This document shows, piece after piece, positions 17,404 to 27,080 of a stretch of 64,000 nt of DNA; position 1 is the stretch's first letter, and the number at the start of each line of letters is the position of its first letter. The DNA is taken from NCBI GenBank assembly GCA_044229845.1, contig JBGASG010000003.1, positions 192,001-256,000 of the forward strand, written 5' to 3'. The notes under the pieces are model-generated. The model was not told the DNA's origin, ran no database searches, and worked only from the letters and a program-made list of their open reading frames with translations. Made by a program: the position numbers and the translations under genes. This stretch comes from Candidatus Obscuribacteraceae bacterium (GTDB lineage: Bacteria; Cyanobacteriota; Vampirovibrionia; Obscuribacterales; Obscuribacteraceae).

Positions 17404-20400
17404 GTGGTCCAGTTGCGTGCGAAATCTTCGTGCGACATCTGACGAACGACTTCAAGCGGCAGATCCATCGGGAAAGCAGCAACGCTGCCGTTCTTGCGGT
17501 GGATATATCTGTAGGCATGACCGTGACGATAATCGTAGGTTGCTACAGTCATCCATTGTCCGTTGATGTACATCTCCAGTCTGGTCATGTAAGCGTCATG
17601 GGATTCAGACTCGATGGAGTTGATACGGCAGGACTGCGAGAGCGTCTCGATGAAGGGCTTGGGCTCGTTTGATTGAGATTCTGTTGGCAGCAGATTGGTT
17701 TCCGCTGTGCAGAGTGTGGCATTGTTGGCGGCCGACGCCAGTCTGTTCATCAAGCGGTATTGCTTGATCTCTTCTTCGGTCGGCAAGGTGACCGTTTCAC
17801 CCCTGCTCAGGCTGACGGTCGGATGGCCGGTGGTCGCGTCACGCTGTTCGGATAATCCGTTGACGCGCGCAAGCAACGGCCACATGGTCTGGTCTTGCAT
17901 GAGCGAATCACGCAATGCGATCGAACGCAGAGTATCGCCGAGACGAACACGGTAAACGCGTCTGTCTCCCTGCTGGGGCGGCTCTGTTGTGTCGAATTGA
18001 CCTTCCAGATCTTGTAACGAGACCGCCTGGCGGTGACCCGCACTGCGGAGCCGTTGCAAGAAGGATGCCACTTCCTGCTGGTTCTGTTCGTAGGAAATAG
18101 TGGTCGGCGGCGCATAGGCTTCGGTATTGTCGCCTTGCATTATCTCCACCTCGGGGAGAGTCACCTTTTCCATTTCCACTTGTGGGACAGTAATCGCTTC
18201 GGGGGCGACGCTGATGGCGGGAGCACTTTGTTGCTCACCAGCGGCGGTGCCACGAGCGAAGAAATGCTTTCTATGGATGTCCAATTCGGCATCTGAAGGC
18301 AACCAGATTACCTGGTCAACCAGCAGGTGCGGCGTCTTGTTGTCCGGAAGCATGTAGAACCCTGCTGAGCCGCGGTTGATAGTAATGATGAGTTGCGCAA
18401 ACCGCTCGTCGCCGAGCTGAACGCGCGCGATGGACCGGATATTGTCGCCATAACGCACCGTATAACGGCGGCGGCGGCGACCCGCAGCCTTGAACAGGTT
18501 TTGAGATTTTTGCGATTGAGAAACTTTGGCGGTACGACGGTCGCCGAAATTCAGCCCGGCTTCGGCAATCTGCATCATCCAACTTTGCAGCTTGTCAGAG
18601 ACTTGCTGATTGTTGCGAGTCGTCGATCCGGTGACGCGATCAGTGTTCTTCGCATCTTTCTTGATGGTGTCGAAATCGTCGCGATTGCCGTCGGTGCGCT
18701 GACCGCTCTTCGGTTCTGTAGACTGGATGCCGTTACCTACTATGCGGCGAGCCACATGCTCGTCTGTGCGAACAGCTTTATCTTTGCCTTCTGTCTTGCT
18801 ATCACGATCGCGCAGCGAGTTTTTGTCGGCCTTGTCGGTGCCGATGGCCATACCGAAGATTTTTGCCACGGCGTCCAGAGGACGGGCGGCTTTCGGCGCG
18901 GTTGTGTCGACTCTCTCAGTACCGGCTTTAACCAAGCAGTTCGGCTGAGTTTTGACGAGGTTGGATTTCTCGGCGATGACGTTGTTGCCGACCGAGGTCT
19001 TGGCGCCTTTGACACCACCAGGACCGGCGATCAGTTCGGCTTTGCTGACAGGCTTACCGCTCGTGTCGCCAGTGGCGATTGCTTTGTTGGCTTTGCCTGT
19101 CGTCGGGATTGCTTTGGCATCAGCCTTTTCGCCGGACAGTTGCTTGACGGAGGAGATCGATTTCGGGGAGGTGATGGCTTTGACGGCTGCATCGCTGATT
19201 ACGACCTTGCCGCTCGATTTTCCACCGACTCGCGCCGACGAAACTTTGGCGTCGGCTCCGGTTGCCATCACCATGCCTTGGGCATCGCCCTTAGCCGAGC
19301 CGGCGATTTTGACACCGAAGCGGCTACCGACCAGAGCTTTGATATCGGCATCGTTGAGAGTCAGTTTGCCGGTGGTACCAATCTTGGCACCCGAAATAGC
19401 CTTGATGTCAATCTTGTCGGTGGTAACCAGTTTGCTGGTGCCGAAGCGAGTGCCGATGATGGCTTTAACATCGGCATCGCTGACGCTCAACTTGCCGCTG
19501 CCAATTTTGATCGCCGAGACCGATTTGCCCTCTGCCTTCTTGTCGCCCACAACGACAAACTTGGCAGCATCTGCAGCACCCCCCCTGCCGCCGATGGTTC
19601 TGGTCGCATTGGCAATCGCTTTGGCATCGATTTTGATTTCGGTCTTCTCAGCCAGTCTGGAAGCTGCTGGTCTGGTGCCAGTGATGGTCTTGCCTTCGAC
19701 GAGGGTAGACACGCCGTTGCCTGACTTGGAACCGACCAGGCGTGCACCGATCGAACGGTCAGCGCCTTTTTCAGTGATGCCCTTGTCGGCAGCGGCTCCA
19801 CCCTTGGTTGCGGCGATGCCCTTATCGGCGACGACTCCACCCTTGGTTGCGGCTGTGCCCTTCTCGGCAACGACTCCACCCTTGGTTGCAGCGATGCCCT
19901 TGTCGGTTGCGCCAACCACCGGCACAGCTTTGCCGCCGGCGATTTTCGCTTCCGGTCCGACCACTTTGGTACCATTCTTGCCTTCGCCGGCAATCTTCTC
20001 GCCACCTAGAGTTCTGCTGATGGCAATGACTGGCTTGTCGCTTGCGCCCGCAACTCTAATGCCACCAGATTTGGCGTCACCAGCTTTGACCACTTCGATT
20101 TTGGGGGCATCGCCTTTGCCTGGCTGAACCTTAGCGGCAGCGATGTCTGCGGCGCGAGTGGTTCTGGTCGGGAACACGCCCAGCGTGCCGTTACCGGTCA
20201 CTTTTTCAGGCGCCAGTTTTGTAGTTGTTGTGCCAATCAAGCGTGTGCTGGCGGTGGAAATTTCATTAGGCTTAACAGCAGGCTTGCTGGCGAGCATGTG
20301 TTGACTGTCGCTACCAGGTTTAGCTTCCTTGCCGCTATCCAGGCGAGCTCTGGTCGGAAGCTGATCTCCTTTGTTTGCGACTATGGCAGTGCGGCTGGCT

Positions 20401-22649
20401 TCAACTGCGCGCGTCGTAGAAGCCGGGTTGACTGATAGAGCGGTGCGCTCGGTAGGCTTGCCGGGGACAGTAAGAGCGCTGGAGCCTTTGTCCAGAGCGG
20501 TTTTGGCTGCCATGGCTGTCGGTCCGGCTTCCGTCCTCACTACAGGCTTTTGATTCGCAGGAAGTTTTTCTGGTGTGCCAGGTTTTGCATCATCTGGCTT
20601 ACGAATGATGCCCCTCGACAAATCTCCTGCCGCCGCGCGAGTCGACGCCGCGCCTGCGATGGCTTCGCTGATGAGCTTACCCTGCCCAGGAATGACGACT
20701 ACAGGTTTTGCGACATGGTCTTTGATCTCGTTGGGCAGCACTGGTATCTTCGGATCAACTTTTGAGGAAAGGGGGATGTCTTTCGAAGTTGTAGACGCAA
20801 GCGTTGGTTGGCGAAGGGCGTTTTGGAAATCACGGAGAGTTGGAATCGGTCTTCCACCAGCAGTGGTATCATTACCTTTGCCGACGTCAGGATTGTTGGA
20901 AGCAGTTCTTGTAATGGCAGGAATTGGTGTTGGATTGATTTCGGGCTTTTGGACTCCAGTGCTAAATGCCGCCCGAGCTTCAGGAGTACGCGCCGCTGAA
21001 TCTCCCAAGTTGCGTGCGCCAGCCGCAGGCTGACTATAACCCCGAGCTTGATCGTACAAAGCATTGGTGTAAGCAGGGACTGGCTGCCCTTCCTTAGTGA
21101 CGATGGGTCGGCCCGATACCTTGACGTCAGTCGCCACGGTAGTTGTTTCTTTCGGGGGTAAAACAATAACGCTTTGACCGCTGTTAGAAGCGAGTCTGCG
21201 AGCTTCATAGACCATACCTCTCTCTTGGACTGTCGCAGCTACTTCAACTTTTCTGTACGGACTCAGACGGTCTATGCTGCCAGGTGGCTGCCCGATTGCT
21301 TCTGATATAGCGGTAGTGACGTCATTGCCGGTGTAAACGGCTTTTTGCCCCACGAATGGTCTCGTTGCGTTTCCTAACATTTGGGCAGCAGTTCCCTGTC
21401 CTGTGACAGCCTGGCTGTTGACAGACGGCGCTACATCGCGTGACGTCGGAAGAAGTCCCAGATTGCCAGGCGAGAGGACAGTTGTTGTTGCCGTGAACAA
21501 TGTCTGTGCCGCACTCGCTGCGTCATTCAGAAGAGGAGCTTTGGCAGCGGTCGTATCACCACTGAGTGCAGTCAATGGCTTGGAGGCAGAAAGAGAAGCA
21601 GGTCTCTGACCCGCATCAACGGTGTCACCAGTGATCCGATTGGCGCCAACTGCGGTTGTATCGTCAGACACGACGCCAGCAGTTCTGCGGATTCCGCTAG
21701 CGGTATCAACCACCGCTGGGGCAGCATCGCTACCGAGAGCCTTGTCGGCCAGGTTGGCGGCAGCGACACCAGCGGTGGTGGCAATCGGAACAGTTAACGG
21801 TGCGCTGCGCAAGACCGGTTGATCCGCCGAGGACAGGCTGCTAGGCAGCACCGGATCCGCGTTGCCGGTGGTCGCGGCTTTAACAATCGGTTCGGAACTA
21901 ACAGGTCTTGTTTCTGTCGGTCCAACCAAATCCGCACTGCTGGTTGCATTCATCCAGGTTTTTTCGGCAACTGTCGGTTGACCAGCAGTCGCGATCAGGT
22001 CAGCAATTCTTTGCTGGGGCTGTGGTTGCTGGTCCGGGAACTGCGTGTCGTTGGCGGAGTTAAGTACGGTCTTTGATGCGATATCGGTACCCAATGTTCT
22101 CTGCGGTGCGACAAATGATTGTGCTTCTATTGCCTTGCGAACTTCCGGACGCATCTCGGTCAGACCGGTAATGAACGTGGTGCCACGCAATTGCCGACCA
22201 TACGCATCCAGTGGGGTGTAACCGACTGAATCAGACTCGAGAACTGGGCCACTCTTTTGAGCTTGGGTCACCAAAAATCTGGCCGAGTTACCATCCTGAC
22301 CCTGAACTTCAATCACTCTATTTGTGCCGGTGCTGCCCGAGAAGTCTTTCGATTTGTCTACCGAGAGATTGCCAAAATTGAAAGCGCCGCCTGGCCCCAG
22401 AAGAGGACCGGCAGCTGGCTGGGACGCGGGTAGCGTCGGGATTGTGGTGTCATTGGTGGTACGACTGAGGGTCGGGCTGCTGCCGAGGCGAAAGGCTGCG
22501 AACGCGTCGACTGCCGGAGCTGGTTGAGTTTCGCTGGGAGCGGTCGAGACGCCCGGGAATTCCAGCCAGTGTTTCTTATCCGGGTCATCTGCTGACGCCG
22601 GTGGCTGAATATTTGTTTTGTCTGAACCAGAGAGTTCTTCCAAGGACAT
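17349..22649 (-). CDS. giant low-complexity protein, paralog A (two LysM-like domains plus conserved C-terminal domain)
   Basis: 1766 aa, no signal peptide, Ala/Gly/Lys/Thr-rich body. Contains YTVRYGDNIRSIA, YRVRLGDTLRSIA and a terminal ..DLP......EDF..NW..YC..F. Confidence 0.85.
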   Translation of the reverse strand: MSLEELSGSDKTNIQPPASADDPDKKHWLEFPGVSTAPSETQPAPAVDAFAAFRLGSSPTLSRTTNDTTIPTLPASQPAAGPLLGPGGAFNFGNLSVDKSKDFSGSTGTNRVIEVQGQDGNSARFLVTQAQKSGPVLESDSVGYTPLDAYGRQLRGTTFITGLTEMRPEVRKAIEAQSFVAPQRTLGTDIASKTVLNSANDTQFPDQQPQPQQRIADLIATAGQPTVAEKTWMNATSSADLVGPTETRPVSSEPIVKAATTGNADPVLPSSLSSADQPVLRSAPLTVPIATTAGVAAANLADKALGSDAAPAVVDTASGIRRTAGVVSDDTTAVGANRITGDTVDAGQRPASLSASKPLTALSGDTTAAKAPLLNDAASAAQTLFTATTTVLSPGNLGLLPTSRDVAPSVNSQAVTGQGTAAQMLGNATRPFVGQKAVYTGNDVTTAISEAIGQPPGSIDRLSPYRKVEVAATVQERGMVYEARRLASNSGQSVIVLPPKETTTVATDVKVSGRPIVTKEGQPVPAYTNALYDQARGYSQPAAGARNLGDSAARTPEARAAFSTGVQKPEINPTPIPAITRTASNNPDVGKGNDTTAGGRPIPTLRDFQNALRQPTLASTTSKDIPLSSKVDPKIPVLPNEIKDHVAKPVVVIPGQGKLISEAIAGAASTRAAAGDLSRGIIRKPDDAKPGTPEKLPANQKPVVRTEAGPTAMAAKTALDKGSSALTVPGKPTERTALSVNPASTTRAVEASRTAIVANKGDQLPTRARLDSGKEAKPGSDSQHMLASKPAVKPNEISTASTRLIGTTTTKLAPEKVTGNGTLGVFPTRTTRAADIAAAKVQPGKGDAPKIEVVKAGDAKSGGIRVAGASDKPVIAISRTLGGEKIAGEGKNGTKVVGPEAKIAGGKAVPVVGATDKGIAATKGGVVAEKGTAATKGGVVADKGIAATKGGAAADKGITEKGADRSIGARLVGSKSGNGVSTLVEGKTITGTRPAASRLAEKTEIKIDAKAIANATRTIGGRGGAADAAKFVVVGDKKAEGKSVSAIKIGSGKLSVSDADVKAIIGTRFGTSKLVTTDKIDIKAISGAKIGTTGKLTLNDADIKALVGSRFGVKIAGSAKGDAQGMVMATGADAKVSSARVGGKSSGKVVISDAAVKAITSPKSISSVKQLSGEKADAKAIPTTGKANKAIATGDTSGKPVSKAELIAGPGGVKGAKTSVGNNVIAEKSNLVKTQPNCLVKAGTERVDTTAPKAARPLDAVAKIFGMAIGTDKADKNSLRDRDSKTEGKDKAVRTDEHVARRIVGNGIQSTEPKSGQRTDGNRDDFDTIKKDAKNTDRVTGSTTRNNQQVSDKLQSWMMQIAEAGLNFGDRRTAKVSQSQKSQNLFKAAGRRRRRYTVRYGDNIRSIARVQLGDERFAQLIITINRGSAGFYMLPDNKTPHLLVDQVIWLPSDAELDIHRKHFFARGTAAGEQQSAPAISVAPEAITVPQVEMEKVTLPEVEIMQGDNTEAYAPPTTISYEQNQQEVASFLQRLRSAGHRQAVSLQDLEGQFDTTEPPQQGDRRVYRVRLGDTLRSIALRDSLMQDQTMWPLLARVNGLSEQRDATTGHPTVSLSRGETVTLPTEEEIKQYRLMNRLASAANNATLCTAETNLLPTESQSNEPKPFIETLSQSCRINSIESESHDAYMTRLEMYINGQWMTVATYDYRHGHAYRYIHRKNGSVAAFPMDLPLEVVRQMSHEDFARNWTTYCIDFATVSPDAVSRSS
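19770..19910 (-). repeat. 39-bp (13-aa) tandem repeat DKGIAATKGGVVA in paralog A
   Basis: CCCTTGGTTGC recurs at 19801, 19840 and 19879. Confidence 0.85.
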
Positions 22650-22858
22650 GTGGGTTGTCCCTTAAGAGTGTCCGGAACGGACCTTACAAAGAGCCCTGCT
22701 AGCTCGCTAGTAAGGGGGTACCGATGGGTGACTGGATGGGTTATTCGGTGGGTTGTTCGCCCAATGGACAAATCAAGCGCGTGTCTTGGTATATCCGTCC
22801 CTTGCTACAATTCGACAGTCACAACATTAATTCGAAACTTTGGAGGAAACGGCTCGCT

Positions 22859-23059
22859 ATGGACCGTTACTACCTTTTGGACATCATCCGCCGCATCAAG
22901 CTGGAGCGCGACCAACACGACGAGAAATTCGCCACCAACCCAGCTCATAAAGACTGTCTGCCTCGTTTTGAGACAGTCATAGGCAATCTGGAGAAAGAAC
23001 TGGCGGCATTGCCGCAAAGTTCAAGCGCTGACGATTCATCGGCAGCGGGCGAAGGCTAA
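22859..23059 (+). CDS. small helical hypothetical protein (66 aa)
   Basis: GGAGG upstream of ATG 22859; MDRYYLLDIIRRIKLERD...LEKELAALP. Confidence 0.7.
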   Translation: MDRYYLLDIIRRIKLERDQHDEKFATNPAHKDCLPRFETVIGNLEKELAALPQSSSADDSSAAGEG

Positions 23060-23063
23060 GCAG

Positions 23064-26000
23064 TTAAGCTGTTTTTGTCGACGATATGGCGAGATATTCG
23101 CTGACATAGCCCTCCCATGCGCCATACAAGTCGTTATGAGCCAACTCTTTAATCACGGGTAAGGGCAAATCGAGCGCAAACGATCTTACTGCGCCGTAGC
23201 GATCATATTGATGGCGGATCCAGTTGCCTGAGTGCGATTCCTCATAACTGCGAACGCATTGCCAATCAGCGACAAAAATCTGGAGAGAGTACTGAACTTC
23301 ATTCATTGAGATTCGATCGCGAGCGATAAGCAAACGAATGTTCTGATCGAGGAAGACATGTTCACAGACCACGTCTCGCCTGGTTTCGGCAATCGTGGTT
23401 TGCGTCGCATCAGCATCAGCGGTTTTGGCAGGCGTGCACTGCTTGGACCGAAACTCGAGAATTTGCTGGCTCGAAGGCAATCGCAATTTCATTCCACGCG
23501 TCAACCTGGCTTTTGCCCTGCCAATCGCGTCGGTTTCTTGAGAGAGATTATTTACTTCAGCAAGCAGAAACCAGAGCGATTCATCTTGTAGATGCGGATG
23601 GCGGCGAGCGAGACTATTGAGCGTTTCTCCCAATCTGGCGATGCAGTAGGCTGGTTCATCAACTGATGAAGAAAGCGGACCCAATATTTTCTCGACGTTA
23701 TCGCGACGAGTCTTCTGGCGTGCAGCCTGCTCGCTGGGCAAGGTGTGCGTTGTAGCGGGCGTAGTCGTTCCTGGCATCACGTCATACCCAAACGGTAACG
23801 TAGTGGTGCGCTTGCTTGCCTTATAGCGCGTAATGTCGACGTGATTGGGCAGTTGAATCGTCAAACCAGGCTTGAGAGCCAGATAGCGGCGTCCACTCTC
23901 GATGCGCCACGGTATAGCCGATCGATTTAAGTCGAATACCAATCCGGACAATCGCTTGTCGGACAACATTCTGCGTGCGATTGATTCGAGTGTGTCGCCT
24001 GGCTGAATGACGTAGGTAACCCTTGCATTGGCAATTTTGTCTGATGCGACTTGTGCGGACTTGCGTTTTTGCGCGAGAAGAGCCATCCGGCGATCGTTCT
24101 CTTCCAGCTCGCGCTGCCGTCTGGCGTTTCTCTCTTCAGCCAATCGCTCGCGCTCTTGTCGCTGCTCCTGCTCGCGCATTTCATAGCCAAGCAGCTCGCG
24201 CTCGCGCATAGCTTGAATGGTGGCAGCATGCGCCGCATAAGCATCCATCTCGATGTCGTAGCGCTGTTCGATTTCACTTATCGCATCAACCGTCGACTCA
24301 ACGGGCACTGGCAAAACGGTCGAAGCTTGATCAGTGAGTTCAATAGTGGGCAACACAGTCGACGGATCTATCTGCGGACTGCTGCCACCATTACCACTCG
24401 CTTGCGTGTTTGTCTGCGACTGCTGCGATTGATTTGGATCGTTCGCGTTCGGGCTGGAAGCAGCCAGTATTGCTAGATTACGTTGACGCCGTTCTTCGGC
24501 ATCAAGTTCGTCCTCACAAACTTGCGCCTGACTGCTGGTTTCTTCTTGCGTATTCTCAAGCGGGGACAGCGGCTGCGTCAGCACCACCTGAGGTGTGTCG
24601 TCGTCCGGCTTCTTCTTCGTCTCTTCCGGCGGCGGTTGCAGATTGGCGTCTTCGTCGTCTTCGCCAAATAGCTTTTTGCCCTTCTTCTTCGCGGTGTCTT
24701 CCTCGGCGATCGCACCAGGTCCCTTGGGAGTAATTATCTGGATCTTGACTCCAGTCTCTGTACCTTCGGTTTTGACGGTTTCGCGTTTTGACTCGACGCT
24801 TTTCTTGCCGACCTCGGCATCTTTTTTGGCACCGTCGATCTCCTTCTTGCCGAGTTGCATTTCGATTTTGCCGTTCGGTCGTGGTTCGCCAGGTTGCTCG
24901 ACTTTACCCTCGCGCGGACGCCCAAGAGGTAAATCTTCACGCTTGATTTGCGGGTTCTCGCCGGCTCCTTTGAGCGTGCGATCGATAACTCTAAACTCAT
25001 GCGGTTCGTTTCGGCGGCTTCCATTTTCGACTTTGGATTCGCCCAAAGTGCGTCGGGTCTGATCCAATAACTCCAGCCGCGCCTGGATCCTCACTTCGTG
25101 CGGCGGGATGAACAGAACCGCTCGATCAACTCTTTCTTGAGGCCCTCTGCGATCGCTTTCCGCTGACGGTTTACCGATGAATACCAGCTGATCAAGCTTC
25201 TGTTGAAACTCCCTGATCTGTTGCGGTCTATCTTGAACCAATTCTTTTGTTGAAGAAACGAGCGGCAGCCTCTCCTTCAACGCGGGAAGCGATTTATCGA
25301 CTTTACTCTCCACCGCCAAGTCTTTTTGACCAACGACGAAATTCTCTTTACCGCGCAGGTCGAGTTTCGCCAGCAGATCAGGTTTAGTCTGCCAATCAAG
25401 CTTTGTTGGCAGATCAAGCTTTTTCGGCAGATCAAGCTTCACCGGCAGATCCAGTTTGGTGCTCAAGTTGAGTTTCGATGGCGCCTCGTCTTTGGAGCGT
25501 ATAGGCTCTACTTTGCCAGGCTGCGGTTTGACCGTTGCAGTTGATTCCTCACGATCTAGTTTGTCCACCTTGAATGCCTGTGGCTTACGCACGTCGAGAG
25601 AGTCTAGTTTCTGGAAATCGTCGCGTTTTTCCTTTGGTCCGTTTCCCGGCAGTGGCACCAAGCCTTTGTCTGCGCCTGGTTTGTCTGCGCCGGGTTTCTC
25701 TACCCAACCTCGCTTCTCGACGTTACTGCCAATCGCGGACTCGACCGGCTTGCTGCCCACATTCCCGGTGTCTACTTTGAAGTATTTATCTACCTTTTGG
25801 AGGATTTCGTTGAGAGCCCATGAGCCAAGGTTATCCACGACCTTGTTGTAAGCACCCGGTTTCGCGTCAGCCACGTTCAGCCAGCCGACATCTTTGGTTT
25901 GACCGGCATCAACAACTTTCCAACTCGTGGCATTTGCCGGGCTCGGGTCCAACTTCCATCCGGTGTAACTGGTTGAACTCGTTTCGCCTTTAGACCCGGT

Positions 26001-26879
26001 GCCGGAGTCCCTTGCCACGGCAGTGTAATCCGGTTTCCATCCCTTGTCGTCGGCGGTCACGCCATAGTCTGGTTTCCACCCCTTGTCACCGGTGGACACA
26101 CCAAAATCCGGCTTCCATCCTTTGTCACCGGCAGCGGTGGCACTATTCACCACACCGGCCTTATCTGAGCCAACTGAGCTATCGCTCAAGAGTTCTTTCG
26201 ACCGAACGATCGCTCGGCTGGAAGTGTCGGCAACATTGTATGCGGTATCAGTGGTCCTCGCCCAGCCTACGGCAACGGAATTGCCTGGCGAGTCCAACGA
26301 CTTGTCGGCAGGCGCGACTCGACTGCCGATTGAGCCCGGTGCATCATCTGCTTTTGTGGAGGTGAGAGAAATATGCTGTGCGCCGGCGTCCACTAGTCCG
26401 GCCGCGCCTTCGACAGGCTTTCCTGGTGCCTCGACAGGGTAAGCTGGGTCGGCATTGTTGACACCAAGACTCAAACGCTCGGCAGCAGACAGAACCGCTC
26501 GTTCGCCTTTAGAACCGGTTGATTCGGGTTCAACGCGTTTTCCAGGAGCCGGTGACAGCACAACTGAGACACTATCATCGTTCGAAGCGCGCAAAAGACC
26601 CGTCAATAACGGAGAGACTAGTCTTGTGTGTGTCGGCTGCGAAGTTTGCGAGTCACTCGCCGGTTGAGGCGATTGTCCTGGTTGTGGGCCGACTTCAAAA
26701 CCTTGAGTGAGTGTGTGCGACTCTTCATTAGCGGGCAATTGCATTCGCTTTTTAATCGTATCGCTGTCATCAGGACTGCGGAGATCGACACTATCGTGTG
26801 CCGGTCCCGACGATCTAGTTGAGTGCTCGACTGGCTGCTCTGTTTCTTCAGAGTGATGACGTTCTTGTCTTGCGACCAT
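23064..26879 (-). CDS. giant low-complexity protein, paralog B (coiled coil, two LysM-like domains, conserved C-terminal domain)
   Basis: YVIQPGDTLESIA, RRDNVEKILG, ARLGETLNSLARRHP and DLPLPVIKELAHNDL...W..Y. Start set at ATG 26879. Confidence 0.85.
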   Translation of the reverse strand: MVARQERHHSEETEQPVEHSTRSSGPAHDSVDLRSPDDSDTIKKRMQLPANEESHTLTQGFEVGPQPGQSPQPASDSQTSQPTHTRLVSPLLTGLLRASNDDSVSVVLSPAPGKRVEPESTGSKGERAVLSAAERLSLGVNNADPAYPVEAPGKPVEGAAGLVDAGAQHISLTSTKADDAPGSIGSRVAPADKSLDSPGNSVAVGWARTTDTAYNVADTSSRAIVRSKELLSDSSVGSDKAGVVNSATAAGDKGWKPDFGVSTGDKGWKPDYGVTADDKGWKPDYTAVARDSGTGSKGETSSTSYTGWKLDPSPANATSWKVVDAGQTKDVGWLNVADAKPGAYNKVVDNLGSWALNEILQKVDKYFKVDTGNVGSKPVESAIGSNVEKRGWVEKPGADKPGADKGLVPLPGNGPKEKRDDFQKLDSLDVRKPQAFKVDKLDREESTATVKPQPGKVEPIRSKDEAPSKLNLSTKLDLPVKLDLPKKLDLPTKLDWQTKPDLLAKLDLRGKENFVVGQKDLAVESKVDKSLPALKERLPLVSSTKELVQDRPQQIREFQQKLDQLVFIGKPSAESDRRGPQERVDRAVLFIPPHEVRIQARLELLDQTRRTLGESKVENGSRRNEPHEFRVIDRTLKGAGENPQIKREDLPLGRPREGKVEQPGEPRPNGKIEMQLGKKEIDGAKKDAEVGKKSVESKRETVKTEGTETGVKIQIITPKGPGAIAEEDTAKKKGKKLFGEDDEDANLQPPPEETKKKPDDDTPQVVLTQPLSPLENTQEETSSQAQVCEDELDAEERRQRNLAILAASSPNANDPNQSQQSQTNTQASGNGGSSPQIDPSTVLPTIELTDQASTVLPVPVESTVDAISEIEQRYDIEMDAYAAHAATIQAMRERELLGYEMREQEQRQERERLAEERNARRQRELEENDRRMALLAQKRKSAQVASDKIANARVTYVIQPGDTLESIARRMLSDKRLSGLVFDLNRSAIPWRIESGRRYLALKPGLTIQLPNHVDITRYKASKRTTTLPFGYDVMPGTTTPATTHTLPSEQAARQKTRRDNVEKILGPLSSSVDEPAYCIARLGETLNSLARRHPHLQDESLWFLLAEVNNLSQETDAIGRAKARLTRGMKLRLPSSQQILEFRSKQCTPAKTADADATQTTIAETRRDVVCEHVFLDQNIRLLIARDRISMNEVQYSLQIFVADWQCVRSYEESHSGNWIRHQYDRYGAVRSFALDLPLPVIKELAHNDLYGAWEGYVSEYLAISSTKTA

Positions 26880-27080
26880 CAGGATTACCTGCTGAGGCCG
26901 AATGCGGCGATGTGATTCACTCACGCTGCGAGCACGCGCGAAAAGAATCATTTAGTAAGTATGGGGCGGGTGTCAGTACGATTGTACTCACAACGCCGGA
27001 ATTGTCTGCTATCCACAATACATTTCCGGCTCTGCGCACACGAATACGCAGAGAGTTAATCTACTCAGACGAAATCTGTT

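Noticed and set aside
18393..20127. Long plus-strand ORFs (443 and 391 aa) and similar ones at 31978-33021, 36243-37286 and 40176-41543
   Set aside because: Antisense shadows of low-complexity, codon-biased giant genes, with no motifs or RBS.
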